Positions 39,301 to 54,649 of a DNA stretch of 64,000 nucleotides are shown piece by piece. Within the stretch, counting starts at the first letter, position 1. Every line of letters begins with the position of its first letter. The stretch spans positions 120,342,001 to 120,406,000 of the forward strand of contig OZ024744.1 in the NCBI GenBank assembly GCA_964016885.1, in the 5' to 3' direction. This stretch comes from Eledone cirrhosa (lineage: Eukaryota). Both the position numbers and the translations under genes were made by a program. The notes below the pieces were generated by a model that made no database searches, was not told the origin of the DNA, and worked only from the letters and a program-made list of their open reading frames with translations.

Positions 39301-42300
39301 TAACCACATGTCTGTAGTATCAGAGCTGTGATCTCTCAATTCAGAGATTCTTTCCTGATACATTATAACCACATGTCATAGTACCAGAGCTGTGATCTCT
39401 CAATTTAGATATTCTTTCCTGAGATATTCTAACCACATGTCATAGTATAAGAGCTGTGATATCTCAATTCAGAGATACTTTCCTGAGACATTCTAACCAC
39501 ATGTCTGTAGTATCAGAGCTGTGAACTCTCAATTCAGAGATTCTTTCCTGGGACATTCTAACCAAATGTCATAGTATCAGGGCTGTGATCTCTCAATTCA
39601 GAGATTCTTTCCTGAGACATTCTAACCACATGTCATAGTATCAGAGCTGTCATCTCTCAATTAAGAGATTCTTTCCTGAGACATTCTAACCACATGTCAT
39701 AGTATCAGAGCTATGATCTCTTAATTCAGAGATTCTTTCATGAGATAATCTAACCACATGTCATAGTATCAGAGCTTTGATCTCTCAATTCAGAGATTCT
39801 CTCCTGAGACATTCTAACCACATGTCATAGTATTAGAACTGTGATCTCTCAATTCAGAGATTCTTTCCTGAGAAATTCTAACCACATGTCTGTAGTATCA
39901 GAGCTGTGATCTCTCAATTCAGAGATTCTTTCCTGAGACGTTCTAACTCCATATCCACAGTAACAGAGCTGTGATCTCTCAATTCAGAGATTCTTTCCTG
40001 AGACATTCTTACCACATGTCATAGTATCAGAGCTGTGATCTCTCAATTTAGAGATTCTTTCATGAGATATTCTAACCACATGTCATAGTATCAGATCTGT
40101 GATCTCTCAATTCAGAGATTCTTTCCTGAGATATTCTAACCACATGTCATAGTATCAGAGCTGTGATCTCTCAATTCAGAGATTCTCTCCTGAGACATTC
40201 TAACCACATGTCATAGTATTAGAGCTGTGATCTCTCAATTCATAGATTCTTTCCTGAGAAATTCTAACAACATGTCATAGTATCAGAGCTGTGATCTCTC
40301 AATTCAGATATTCTTTCCTGAGACATTGTAACCACATGTCATAGTATCAGAGCTGTGATCTCTCAATTTAGAGATTCTTTCATGAGATATTCTAACCACA
40401 TGTCATAGTATCAGATCTGTGATCTCTCAATTCAGAGATTCTTTCCTGAGATATTCTAACCACATGTCATAGTATCAGAGCTGTCATCTCTCAATTAAGA
40501 GATTCTTTCCTGAGACATTCTAACCACATGTCATAGTATCAGAGCTGTGATCTCATAATTTAGAGATTCTTTCATGAGATAATCTAACCACATGTCATAG
40601 TATCAGAGCTGTGATCTCTCAATTCAAAGATTCTCTCCTGAGACATTCTAACCACATGTCATAGTATTAGAGCTGTGATCTCTCAATTCAGAGATTCTTT
40701 CCTGAGAAATTCTAACCACATGTCTGTAGTATCAGAGCTGTGATCTCTCAATTCAGAGATTCTTTCCTGAGACGTTGTAACTCCATATCCACAGTATCAG
40801 AGCTGTGATCTCTCAATTCAGAGATTCTATCCTGAGACATTCTAACCACATGTCATAGTATTAGAGCTGTGATCTTCCAATTCAGAGAATCTTTCCCGAG
40901 AAATTCTAACCACATGTCTGTAGTATAAGAGCTGTGATCTCTCAATTCAGACATTCTTTCCTGAGACATTCTGACTCCATGTCCACACTATCAGAGCTGT
41001 GATCTCTCAATTCAGAGATTCTTTCCTGAGACATTCTTACCACATGTCATAGTATCAGAGCTGTGATCTATCAATTTAGAGATTCTTTCCTGAGACATTC
41101 TAACCACATGTCATAGTCTCAGAACTGTGATCTCTTAATTCAGAGATTCTATCCTGAGACATTCTAACCACATGTCATAGTATCAGAGCTGTGATCTCTC
41201 AATTCAGAGATTCTTTCCTGAGATATTCTAACCAGATGTCATAGTATCAGAGCTGTGATCTCTCAACTCAGAGATTCTTTCCTGGGATATTCTGACCACA
41301 TGTCATAGTATCAGAGCTGTGATCTCTCAATTCAGATATTCTTTCCTGAGACATTCTAACCACATGTCATAGTATCAGATCTGTGATCTCTCAATTCAGA
41401 GATTCTTTCCTGGGACATTCTAACCACATGTCATAGTATTAGAGGTGTGATCTCTCAATTCAGAGCTTCTTTCCAGAGACATTCTTACCACATGTCATAG
41501 TATCAGAGCTGTGATCTCTCAATTTAGAGATTCTTTCCTGAGACATTCTAACCACATGTCATAGTATCAGAGCTGTGATCTCTCAATTCAGATATTCTTT
41601 CCTGAGACATTCTAACCACATGTCATAGTATCGGATCTGTGATCTCTCAATTCAGAGATTCTTTCCTGGGACATTCTAACCACATGTCATAGTATTAGAG
41701 CTGTGATCTCTCAATTCAGAGCTTCTTTCCTGAGACATTCTTACCACATGTCATAGTATCAGAGCTGTGATCTCTCAATTTAGAGATTCTTTCCTGAGAC
41801 ATTCCAACCACATGTCATAGTATCAGAGCTGTGATCTCTCAATTCAGAGATTCTTTCCTGAGACATTCTAACCACATGTCATATTATCAGAGCTGTGATC
41901 TCTCAATTTAGAGATTCTTTCATGAGATATTCTAACCACATGTCATAATATCAGAGCTATGATCTCTCAATTCAGAGATTCTTTCCTGAGACATTCTAAC
42001 CACATGTCTGTAGAATCAGAGCTGTGATCTCTCAATTCAGAGATTCTTTCCTGATACATTATAACCACATGTCATAGTATCAGAGCTGTGATCTCTCAAT
42101 TTAGATATTCTTTCCTGAGATATTCTAACCACATGTCATAGTATAAGAGCTGTGATATCTCAATTCAGAGATACTTTCCTGAGACATTCTAACCACATGT
42201 CTGTAGTATCAGAGCTGTGAACTCTCAATTCAGAGATTCTTTCCTGGGACATTCTAACCAAATGTCATAGTATCAGGGCTGTGATCTCTCAATTCAGAGA

Positions 42301-45300
42301 TTCTTTCCTGAGACATTCTAACCACATGTCATAGTATCAGAGCTGTCATCTCTCAATTAAGAGATTCTTTCCTGAGACATTCTAACCACATGTCATAGTA
42401 TCAGAGCTGTGATCTCTTAATTTAGAGATTCTTTCATGAGATAATCTAACCACATGTCATAGTATCAGAGCTGTGATCTCTCAATTCAGAGATTCTTTCC
42501 TGAGAAATTCTAACCACATGTCTGTAGTATCAGAGCTGTGATCTCTCAATTCAGAGATTCTTTCCTGAGACGTTCTAACTCCATATCCACAGTAACAGAG
42601 CTGTGATCTCTCAATTCAGAGGTTCTTTCCTGAGACATTCTTACCACATGTCATAGTATCAGAGCTGTGATCTCTCAATTTAGAGATTCTTTCATGAGAT
42701 ATTCTAACCACATGTCATAGTATCAGATCTGTGATCTCTCAATTCAGAGATTCTTTCCTGAGATATTCTAACCACATGTCATAGTATCAGAGCTGTCATC
42801 TCTCAATTCAGAGATTCTTTCCTGAGACATTCTAACCACATGTCACAGTATCAGAACTGTGATCTCTCAATTCAGAGCTTCTTTCCTGAGACACTCTTAC
42901 CACATGACATAGTATCAGAGCTGTGATCTCTCAATTCAGAGATTCTCTCCTGAGACGTTCTAACCACATCTCATAGTATTAGAGCTGTGATATCTCAATT
43001 CATATATTCTTTCCTGAGAAATTGTAACCACATGTCTGTAGTATCAGAGCTGTGATCTCTCAATTCAGAGATTCTTTCCTGAGACATTCTAACTCCATGT
43101 CCACAGTATCAGAGCTGTGATCTCTCAATTTAGAGATTCTTTCATGAGATATTCTAACCACATGTCATAATATCAGAGCTATGATCTCTCAATTCAGAGA
43201 TTCTTTCCTGAGACATTCTAACCACATGTCTGTAGTATCAGAGCTGTGATCTCTCAATTCAGAGATTCTTTCCTGAGACATTCTAACCACATGTCATAGT
43301 ATCAGAGCTGTGATCTCTCAATTTAGAGATTCTTTCATGAGATATTCTAACCACATGTCATAATATCAGAGCTATGATCTCTTAATTCAGAGATTCTTTC
43401 CTGAGACATTCTAACCACATGTCTGTAGTATCAGAGCTATGATCTCTTAATTTAGAGATTCTTTCATGAGATAATCTAACCACATGTCATAGTATCAGAG
43501 CTGTGATCTCTCAATTCAGAGATTCTCTCCTGAGACATTCTAACCACATGTCATAGTATTAGAGCTGTGATCTCTCAATTCAGAGATTCTTTCCTGAGAA
43601 ATTCTAACCACATGTCTGTAGTATCAGAGCTGTGATCTCTCAATTCAGAGATTCTTTCCTGAGACGTTCTAACTCCATATCCTCAGTAACAGAGCTGTGA
43701 TCTCTCAATTCAGAGATTCTTTCCTGAGACATTCTTATCACATGTCATAGTATCAGAGCTGTGATCTCTCAATTTAGAGATTCTTTCATGAGATATTCTA
43801 ACCACATGTCATAGTATCAGATCTGTGATCTCTCAATTCAGAGATTCTTTCCTGAGATATTCTAACCACATGTCATAGTATCAGAGCTGTGATCTCTCAA
43901 TTCAGAGATTCTCTCCCGAGACATTCTAACCACATGTCATAGTATTAGAGCTGTGATCTCTCAATTCATAGATTCTTTCCTGTGAAATTCTAACAACATG
44001 TCATAGTATCAGAGTTGTGATCTCTCAATTCAGATATTCTTTCCTGAGACATTCTAACCACATGTCATATTATCGGATCTGTGATCTCTCAATTCAGAGA
44101 TTCTTTCCTGGGACATTCTAACCACATGTCATAGTATTAGAGCTGTGATCTCTCAATTCAGAGCTTCTTTCCTGAGACATTCTTACCACATGTCATAGTA
44201 TCAGAGCTGTGATCTCTCAATTTAGAGATTCTTTCCCGAGACATTCCAACCACATGTCATAGTATCAGAGCTGTGATCTCTCAATTCAGAGATTCTTTCC
44301 TGAGACATTCTAGCCACATGTCATATTATCAGAGCTATGATATCTCAATTGAGAGATTCTTTCCTGAGATATTTTAACCACATATCATAGTATCAGAGCT
44401 GTCATCTCTCAATTCAGAGATTCTTTCCTGAGACATTCTAACCACATGTCATAGTATCAGAGCTGTGATCTCTCAATTTAGAGATTCTTTCATGAGATAT
44501 TCTAACCACATGTCATAATATCAGAGCTATGATCTCTCAATTCAGAGATTATTTCCTGAGACATTCTAACCACATGTCTGTAGTATCAGAGCTGTGATCT
44601 CTCAATTCAGAGATTCTTTCCTGATACATTATAACCACATGTCATAGTATCAGAGCTGTGATCTCTCAATTTAGATATTCTTTCCTGAGATATTCTAACC
44701 ACATGTCATAGTATCAGAGCTATGATCTCTTAATTTAGAGATTCTTTCATGAGATAATCTAACCACATGTCATAGTATCAGAGCTGTGATCTCTCAATTC
44801 AGAGATTCTCTTCTGAGACATTCTAACCACATGTCATAGTATTAGAGCTGTGATCTCTCAATTCAGAGATTCTTTCCTGAGAAATTCTAACCACATGTCT
44901 GTAGTATCAGAGCTGTGAACTCTCAATTCAGAGATTCTTTCCTGGGACATTCTAACCAAATGTCATAGTATCAGGGCTGTGATCTCTCAATTCAGAGATT
45001 CTTTCCTGAGACATTCTAACCACATGTCATAGTATCAGATCTGTGATCTCTCAATTCAGAGATTCTTTCCTGGGACATTCTAACCACATGTCATAGTATT
45101 AGAGGTGTGATCTCTCAATTCAGAGCTTCTTTCCAGAGACATTCTTACCACATGTCATAGTATCAGAGCTGTGATCTCTCAATTTAGAGATTCTTTCCTG
45201 AGACATTCTAACCACATGTCATAGTATCAGAGCTGTGATCTCTCAATTCAGATATTCTTTCCTGAGACATTCTAACCGCATGTCATAGTATTAGAGCTGT

Positions 45301-48047
45301 GATCTCTCAATTCAGAGATTCTTTCCTGAGAAATTCTAACCACATGTCTGTAGTATCAGAGCTGTGATCTCTCAATTCAGAGATTCTTTCCTGAGACGTT
45401 CTAACTCCATATCCACAGTAACAGAGCTGTGATCTCTCAATTCAGAGGTTCTTTCCTGAGACATTCTTACCACATGTCATAGTATCAGAGCTGTGATCTC
45501 TCAATTTAGAGATTCTTTCATGAGATATTCTAACCACATGTCATAGTATCAGATCTGTGATCTCTCAATTCAGAGATTCTTTCCTGAGATATTCTAACCA
45601 CATGTCATAGTATCAGAGCTGTCATCTCTCAATTCAGAGATTCTTTCCTGAGACATTCTAACCACATGTCACAGTATCAGAGCTGTGATCTCTCAATTCA
45701 GAGCTTCTTTCCTGAGACATTCTTACCACATGACATAGTATCAGAGCTGTGATCTCTCAATTCAGAGATTCTCTCCTGAGACGTTCTAACCACATCTCAT
45801 AGTATTAGAGCTGTGATATCTCAATTCATATATTCTTTCCTGAGAAATTGTAACCACATGTCTGTAGTATCAGAGCTGTGATCTCTCAATTCAGAGATTC
45901 TTTCCTGAGACATTCTAACTCCATGTCCACAGTATCAGAGCTGTGATCTCTCAATTTAGAGATTCTTTCATGAGATATTCTAACCACATGTCATAATATC
46001 AGAGCTATGATCTCTCAATTCAGAGATTCTTTCCTGAGACATTCTAACCACATGTCTGTAGTATCAGAGCTGTGATCTCTCAATTCAGAGATTCTTTCCT
46101 GATACATTATAACCACATGTCATAGTATCAGAGCTGTGATCTCTCAATTTAGATATTCTTTCCTGAGATATTCTAACCACATGTCATAGTATAAGAGCTG
46201 TGATATCTCAATTCAGAGATACTTTCCTGAGACATTCTAACCACATGTCTGTAGTATCAGAGCTGTGAACTCTCAATTCAGAGATTCTTTCCTGGGACAT
46301 TCTAACCAAATGTCATAGTATCAGGGCTGTGATCTCTCAATTCAGAGATTCTTTCCTGAGACATTCTAACCACATGTCATAGTATCAGAGCTGTCATTTC
46401 TCAATTAAGAGATTCTTTCCTGAGACATTCTAACCACATGTCATAGTATCAGAGCTATGATCTCTTAATTTAGAGATTCTTTCATGAGATAATCTAACCA
46501 CATGTCATAGTATCAGAGCTGTGATCTCTCAATTCAGAGATTCTCTCCTGAGACATTCTAACCACATGTCATAGTATTAGAGCTGTGATCTCTCAATTCA
46601 GAGATTCTTTCCTGAGAAATTCTAACCACATGTCTGTAGTATCAGAGCTGTGATCTCTCAATTCAGAGATTCTTTCCTGAGACGTTCTAACTCCATATCC
46701 TCAGTAACAGAGCTGTGATCTCTCAATTCAGAGATTCTTTCCTGAGACATTCTTACCACATGTCATAGTATCAGAGCTGTGATCTCTCAATTTAGAGATT
46801 CTTTCCTGAGATATTCTAACCACATGTCATAGTATCAGAGCTGTGATCTCTCAATTCAGAGATTCTCTCCTGAGACATTCTAACCACATGTCATAGTATT
46901 AGAGCTGTGATCTCTCAATTCATAGATTCTTTCCTGAGAAATTCTAACAACATGTCATAGTATCAGAGCTGTGATCTCTCAATTCAGATATTCTTTCCTG
47001 AGACATTGTAACCACATGTCATAGTATCAGAGCTGTGATCTCTCAATTTAGAGATTCTTTCATGAGATATTCTAACCCCATGTCATAGTATCAGATATGT
47101 GATCTCTCAATTCAGAGATTCTTTCCTGAGATATTCTAACCACATGTCATAGTATCAGAGCTGTCATCTCTCAATTAAGAGATTCTTTCCTGAGACATTC
47201 TAACCACATGTCATAGTATCAGAGCAGTGATGTCATAATTTAGAGATTCTTTCATGAGATAATCTAACCACATGTCATAGTATCAGAGCTGTGATCTCTC
47301 AATTCAGAGATTCTCTCCTGAGACATTCTAACCGCATGTCATAGTATTAGAGCTGTGATCTCTCAATTCAGAGATTCTTTCCTGAGAAATTCTAACCACA
47401 TGTCTGTAGTATCAGAGCTGTGATCTCTCAATTCAGAGATTCTTTCCTGAGACGTTCTAACTCCATATCCACAGTAACAGAGCTGTGATCTCTCAATTCA
47501 GAGATTCTTTCCTGAGACATTCTTACCACATGTCATAGTATCAGAGCTGTGATCTCTCAATTTAGAGATTCTTTCATGAGATATTCTAACCACATGTCAT
47601 AGTATCAGATCTGTGATCTCTCAATTCAGAGATTCTTTCCTGAGATATTCTAACCACATGTCATAGTATCAGAGCTGTCATCTCTCAATTCAGAGATTCT
47701 TTCCTGAGACATTCTAACCACATGTCACAGTATCAGAGCTGTGATCTCTCAATTCAGAGCTTCTTTCCTGAGACATTCTTACCACATGTCATAGTATCAG
47801 AGCTGTGATCTCTCAATTCAGATATTCTTTCCTGAGACATTCTAACCACATGTCATATTATCGGATCTGTGATCTCTCAATTCAGAGATTCTTTCCTGGG
47901 ACATTCTAACCACATGTCATAGTATTAGAGCTGTGATCTCTCAATTCAGAGCTTCTTTCCTGAGACATTCTTACCACATGTCATAGTATCAGAGCTGTGA
48001 TCTCTCAATTTAGAGATTCTTTCCCGAGACATTCCAACCACATGTCA

Positions 48048-48059
48048 TGGTATCAGAGC
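48048..48059 (+). other. Exact TGGTATCAGAGC (plant tRNAi-Met PBS-like 12-mer); the consensus monomer carries the one-mismatch form TAGTATCAGAGC
   Basis: catgtcaTGGTATCAGAGCt at 48041-48060. The match is directly visible, but PBS function or ancestry is not shown. Confidence 0.35.
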
Positions 48060-50509
48060 TGTGATCTCTCAATTCAGAGATTCTTTCCTGAGACATTCTA
48101 GCCACATGTCATATTATCAGAGCTATGATATCTCAATTGAGAGATTCTTTCCTGAGATATTTTAACCACATATCATAGTATCAGAGCTGTCATCTCTCAA
48201 TTCAGAGATTCTTTCCTGAGAAATTCTAACCACATGTCTGTAGTATCAGAGCTGTGATCTCTCAATTCAGAGATTCTTTCCTGAGACGTTCTAACTCCAT
48301 ATCCTCAGTAACAGAGCTGTGATCTCTCAATTCAGAGATTCTTTCCTGAGACATTCTAGCCACATGTCATATTATCAGAGCTATGATATCTCAATTGAGA
48401 GATTCTTTCCTGAGATATTTTAACCACATATCATAGTATCAGAGCTGTGATCTCTCAATTCATAGATTCTTTCCTGAGAAATTCTAACAACATGTCATAG
48501 TATCAGAGCTGTGATCTCTCAATTCAGATATTCTTTCCTGAGACATTGTAACCACATGTCATAGTATCAGAGCTGTGATCTCTCAATTTAGAGATTCTTT
48601 CATGAGATATTCTAACCACATGTCATAGTATCAGATATGTGATCTCTCAATTCAGAGATTCTTTCCTGAGATATTCTAACCACATGTCATAGTATCAGAG
48701 CTGTCATCTCTCAATTAAGAGATTCTTTCCTGAGACATTCTAACCACATGTCATAGTATCAGAGCTGTGATGTCATAATTTAGAGATTCTTTCATGAGAT
48801 AATCTAACCACATGTCATAGTATCAGAGCTGTGATCTCTCAATTCAGAGATTCTCTCCTGAGACATTCTAACCGCATGTCATAGTATTAGAGCTGTGATC
48901 TCTCAATTCAGAGATTCTTTCCTGAGAAATTCTAACCACATGTCTGTAGTATCAGAGCTGTGATCTCTCAATTCAGAGATTCTTTCCTGAGACGTTCTAA
49001 CTCCATATCCACAGTAACAGAGCTGTGATCTCTCAATTCAGAGATTCTTTCCTGAGACATTCTTACCACATGTCATAGTATCAGAGCTGTGATCTCTCAA
49101 TTTAGAGATTCTTTCATGAGATATTCTAACCACATGTCATAGTATCAGAGCTGTCATCTCTCAATTCAGAGATTCTTTCCTGAGACATTCTTACCACATG
49201 TCATAGTATCAGAGCTGTGATCTCTCAATTCAGATATTCTTTCCTGAGACATTCTAACCACATGTCATATTATCGGATCTGTGATCTCTCAATTCAGAGA
49301 TTCTTTCCTGGGACATTCTAACCACATGTCATAGTATTAGAGCTGTGATCTCTCAATTCAGAGCTTCTTTCCTGAGACATTCGTACCACATGTCATAGTA
49401 TCAGAGCTGTGATCTCTCAATTTAGAGATTCTTTCCCGAGACATTCCAACCACATGTCATAGTATCAGAGCTGTGATCTCTCAATTCAGAGATTCTTTCC
49501 TGAGACATTCTAGCCACATGTCATATTATCAGAGCTATGATATCTCAATTGAGAGATTCTTTCCTGAGATATTTTAACCACATATCATAGTATCAGAGCT
49601 GTCATCTCTCAATTCAGAGATTCTTTCCTGAGACATTCTAACCACATGTCATAGTATCAGAGCTGTGATCTCTCAATTTAGAGATTCTTTCATGAGATAT
49701 TCTAACCACATGTCATAATATCAGAGCTATGATCTCTCAATTCAGAGATTCTTTCCTGAGACATTCTAACCACATGTCTGTAGTATCAGAGCTGTGATCT
49801 CTCAATTCAGAGATTCTTTCCTGATACATTATAACCACATGTCATAGTATCAGAGCTGTGATCTCTCAATTTAGATATTCTTTCCTGAGATATTCTAACC
49901 ACATGTCATAGTATCAGAGCTATGATCTCTTAATTTAGAGATTCTTTCATGAGATAATCTAACCACATGTCATAGTATCAGAGCTGTGATCTCTCAATTC
50001 AGAGATTCTCTTCTGAGACATTCTAACCACATGTCATAGTATTAGAGCTGTGATCTCTCAATTCAGAGATTCTTTCCTGAGAAATTCTAACCACATGTCT
50101 GTAGTATCAGAGCTGTGAACTCTCAATTCAGAGATTCTTTCCTGGGACATTCTAACCAAATGTCATAGTATCAGGGCTGTGATCTCTCAATTTAGAGATT
50201 CTTTCATGAGATATTCTAACCACATGTCATAATATCAGAGCTATGATCTCTCAATTCAGAGATTCTTTCCTGAGACATTCTAACCACATGTCTGTAGTAT
50301 CAGAGCTGTGATCTCTCAATTCAGAGATTCTTTCCTGATACATTATAACCACATGTCATAGTACCAGAGCTGTGATCTCTCAATTTAGATATTCTTTCCT
50401 GAGATATTCTAACCACATGTCATAGTATAAGAGCTGTGATATCTCAATTCAGAGATACTTTCCTGAGACATTCTAACCACATGTCTGTAGTATCAGAGCT
50501 GTGAACTCT

Positions 50510-53215
50510 CAATTCAGAGATTCTTTCCTGGGACATTCTAACCAAATGTCATAGTATCAGGGCTGTGATCTCTCAATTCAGAGATTCTTTCCTGAGACAT
50601 TCTAACCACATGTCATAGTATCAGAGCTGTCATCTCTCAATTAAGAGATTCTTTCCTGAGACATTCTAACCACATGTCATAGTATCAGAGCTATGATCTC
50701 TTAATTCAGAGATTCTTTCATGAGATAATCTAACCACATGTCATAGTATCAGAGCTGTGATCTCTCAATTCAGAGATTCTCTCCTGAGACATTCTAACCA
50801 CATGTCATAGTATTAGAGCTGTGATCTCTCAATTCAGAGATTCTTTCCTGAGAAATTCTAACCACATGTCTGTAGTATCAGAGCTGTGATCTCTCAATTC
50901 AGAGATTCTTTCCTGAGACGTTCTAACTCCATATCCACAGTAACAGAGCTGTGATCTCTCAATTCAGAGATTCTTTCCTGAGACATTCTTACCACATGTC
51001 ATAGTATCAGAGCTGTGATCTCTCAATTTAGAGATTCTTTCATGAGATATTCTAACCACATGTCATAGTATCAGATCTGTGATCTCTCAATTCAGAGATT
51101 CTTTCCTGAGATATTCTAACCACATGTCATAGTATCAGAGCTGTGATCTCTCAATTCAGAGATTCTCTCCTGAGACATTCTAACCACATGTCATAGTATT
51201 AGAGCTGTGATCTCTCAATTCATAGATTCTTTCCTGAGAAATTCTAACAACATGTCATAGTATCAGAGCTGTGATCTCTCAATTCAGAGATTCTTTCCTG
51301 GGACATTCTAACCACATGTCATAGTATTAGAGGTGTGATCTCTCAATTCAGAGATTCTTTCCTGAGACATTCTTACCACATGTCATATTATCAGAGCTGT
51401 GATCTCTCAATTTAGAGATTCTTTCCTGAGACATTCTAACCACATGTCATAGTATCAGAGCTGTGATCTCTCAATTCAGATATTCTTTCCTGAGACATTC
51501 TAACCACATGTCATAGTATCGGATCTGTGATCTCTCAATTCAGAGATTCTTTCCTGGGACATTCTAACCACATGTCATAGTATTAGAGCTGTGATCTCTC
51601 AATTCAGAGCTTCTTTCCTGAGACATTCTTACCACATGTCATAGTATCAGAGCTGTGATCTCTCAATTTAGAGATTCTTTCCTGAGACATTCCAACCACA
51701 TGTCATAGTATCAGAGCTGTGATCTCTCAATTCAGAGATTCTTTCCTGAGACATTCTAACCACATGTCATATTATCAGAGCTATGATATCTCAATTGAGA
51801 GATTCTTTCCTGAGATATTTTAACCACATATCATAGTATCAGAGCTGTCATCTCTCAATTCAGAGATTCTTTCCTGGGACATTCTAACCAAATGTCATAG
51901 TATCAGGGCTGTGATCTCTCAATTCAGAGATTCTTTCCTGAGACATTCTAACCACATGTCATAGTATCAGAGCTGTCATCTCTCAATTAAGAGATTCTTT
52001 CCTGAGACATTCTAACCACATGTCATAGTATCAGAGCTATGATCTCTTAATTCAGAGATTCTTTCATGAGATAATCTAACCACATGTCATAGTATCAGAG
52101 CTGTGATCTCTCAATTCAGAGATTCTCTCCTGAGACATTCTAACCACATGTCATAGTATTAGAGCTGTGATCTCTCAATTCAGAGATTCTTTCCTGAGAA
52201 ATTCTAACCACATGTCTGTAGTATCAGAGCTGTGATCTCTCAATTCAGAGATTCTTTCCTGAGACGTTCTAACTCCATATCCACAGTAACAGAGCTGTGA
52301 TCTCTCAATTCAGAGATTCTTTCCTGAGACATTCTTACCACATGTCATAGTATCAGAGCTGTGATCTCTCAATTTAGAGATTCTTTCATGAGATATTCTA
52401 ACCACATGTCATAGTATCAGATCTGTGATCTCTCAATTCAGAGATTCTTTCCTGAGATATTCTAACCACATGTCATAGTATCAGAGCTGTGATCTCTCAA
52501 TTCAGAGATTCTCTCCTGAGACATTCTAACCACATGTCATAGTATTAGAGCTGTGATCTCTCAATTCATAGATTCTTTCCTGAGAAATTCTAACAACATG
52601 TCATAGTATCAGAGCTGTGATCTCTCAATTCAGAGATTCTTTCCTGGGACATTCTAACCACATGTCATAGTATTAGAGGTGTGATCTCTCAATTCAGAGA
52701 TTCTTTCCTGAGACATTCTTACCACATGTCATATTATCAGAGCTGTGATCTCTCAATTTAGAGATTCTTTCCTGAGACATTCTAACCACATGTCATAGTA
52801 TCAGAGCTGTGATCTCTCAATTCAGATATTCTTTCCTGAGACATTCTAACCACATGTCATAGTATCGGATCTGTGATCTCTCAATTCAGAGATTCTTTCC
52901 TGGGACATTCTAACCACATGTCATAGTATTAGAGCTGTGATCTCTCAATTCAGAGCTTCTTTCCTGAGACATTCTTACCACATGTCATAGTATCAGAGCT
53001 GTGATCTCTCAATTTAGAGATTCTTTCCTGAGACATTCCAACCACATGTCATAGTATCAGAGCTGTGATCTCTCAATTCAGAGATTCTTTCCTGAGACAT
53101 TCTAACCACATGTCATATTATCAGAGCTATGATATCTCAATTGAGAGATTCTTTCCTGAGATATTTTAACCACATATCATAGTATCAGAGCTGTCATCTC
53201 TCAATTCAGAGATTC
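50510..53215 (+). repeat. Higher-order tandem duplication, period 1346 bp (21 monomers)
   Basis: aggtgtgatc 51331/52677 and tatcggat 51517/52863 are both offset 1346, with the same variant order in both halves. Confidence 0.85.
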
Positions 53216-54649
53216 TTTCCTGAGACATTCTAACCACATGTCATAGTATCAGAGCTGTGATCTCTCAATTTAGAGATTCTTTCATGAGATATTCTAACCA
53301 CATGTCATAATATCAGAGCTATGATCTCTCAATTCAGAGATTCTTTCCTGAGACATTCTAACCACATGTCTGTAGAATCAGAGCTGTGATCTCTCAATTC
53401 AGAGATTCTTTCCTGATACATTATAACCACATGTCATAGTATCAGAGCTGTGATCTCTCAATTTAGATATTCTTTCCTGAGATATTCTAACCACATGTCA
53501 TAGTATAAGAGCTGTGATATCTCAATTCAGAGATACTTTCCTGAGACATTCTAACCACATGTCTGTAGTATCAGAGCTGTGAACTCTCAATTCAGAGATT
53601 CTTTCCTGGGACATTCTAACCAAATGTCATAGTATCAGGGCTGTGATCTCTCAATTCAGAGATTCTTTCCTGAGACATTCTAACCACATGTCATAGTATC
53701 AGAGCTGTCATCTCTCAATTAAGAGATTCTTTCCTGAGACATTCTAACCACATGTCATAGTATCAGAGCTATGATCTCTTAATTTAGAGATTCTTTCATG
53801 AGATAATCTAACCACATGTCATAGTATCAGAGCTGTGATCTCTCAATTCAGAGATTCTCTCCTGAGACATTCTAACCACATGTCATAGTATTAGAGCTGT
53901 GATCTCTCAATTCAGAGATTCTTTCCTGAGAAATTCTAACCACATGTCTGTAGTATCAGAGCTGTGATCTCTCAATTCAGAGATTCTTTCCTGAGACGTT
54001 CTAACTCCATATCCACAGTAACAGAGCTGTGATCTCTCAATTCAGAGATTCTTTCCTGAGACATTCTAACTCCATATCCACAGTAACAGAGCTGTGATCT
54101 CTCAATTCAGAGATTCTTTCCTGAGACATTCTTACCACATGTCATAGTATCAGAGCTGTGATCTCTCAATTTAGAGATTCTTTCATGAGATATTCTAACC
54201 ACATGTCATAGTATCAGATCTGTGATCTCTCAATTCAGAGATTCTTTCCTGAGATATTCTAACCACATGTCATAGTATAAGAGCTGTGATATCTCAATTC
54301 AGAGATACTTTCCTGAGACATTCTAACCACATGTCTGTAGTATCAGAGCTGTGAACTCTCAATTCAGAGATTCTTTCCTGGGACATTCTAACCAAATGTC
54401 ATAGTGTCAGGGCTGTGATCTCTCAATTCAGAGATTCTTTCCTGAGACATTATAACCACATGTCATAGTATCAGAGCTGTCATCTCTCAATTAAGAGATT
54501 CTTTCCTGAGACATTCTAACCACATGTCATAGTATCAGAGCTATGATCTCTTAATTTAGAGATTCTTTCATGAGATAATCTAACCACATGTCATAGTATC
54601 AGAGCTGTGATCTCTCAATTCAGAGATTCTCTCCTGAGACATTCTAACC

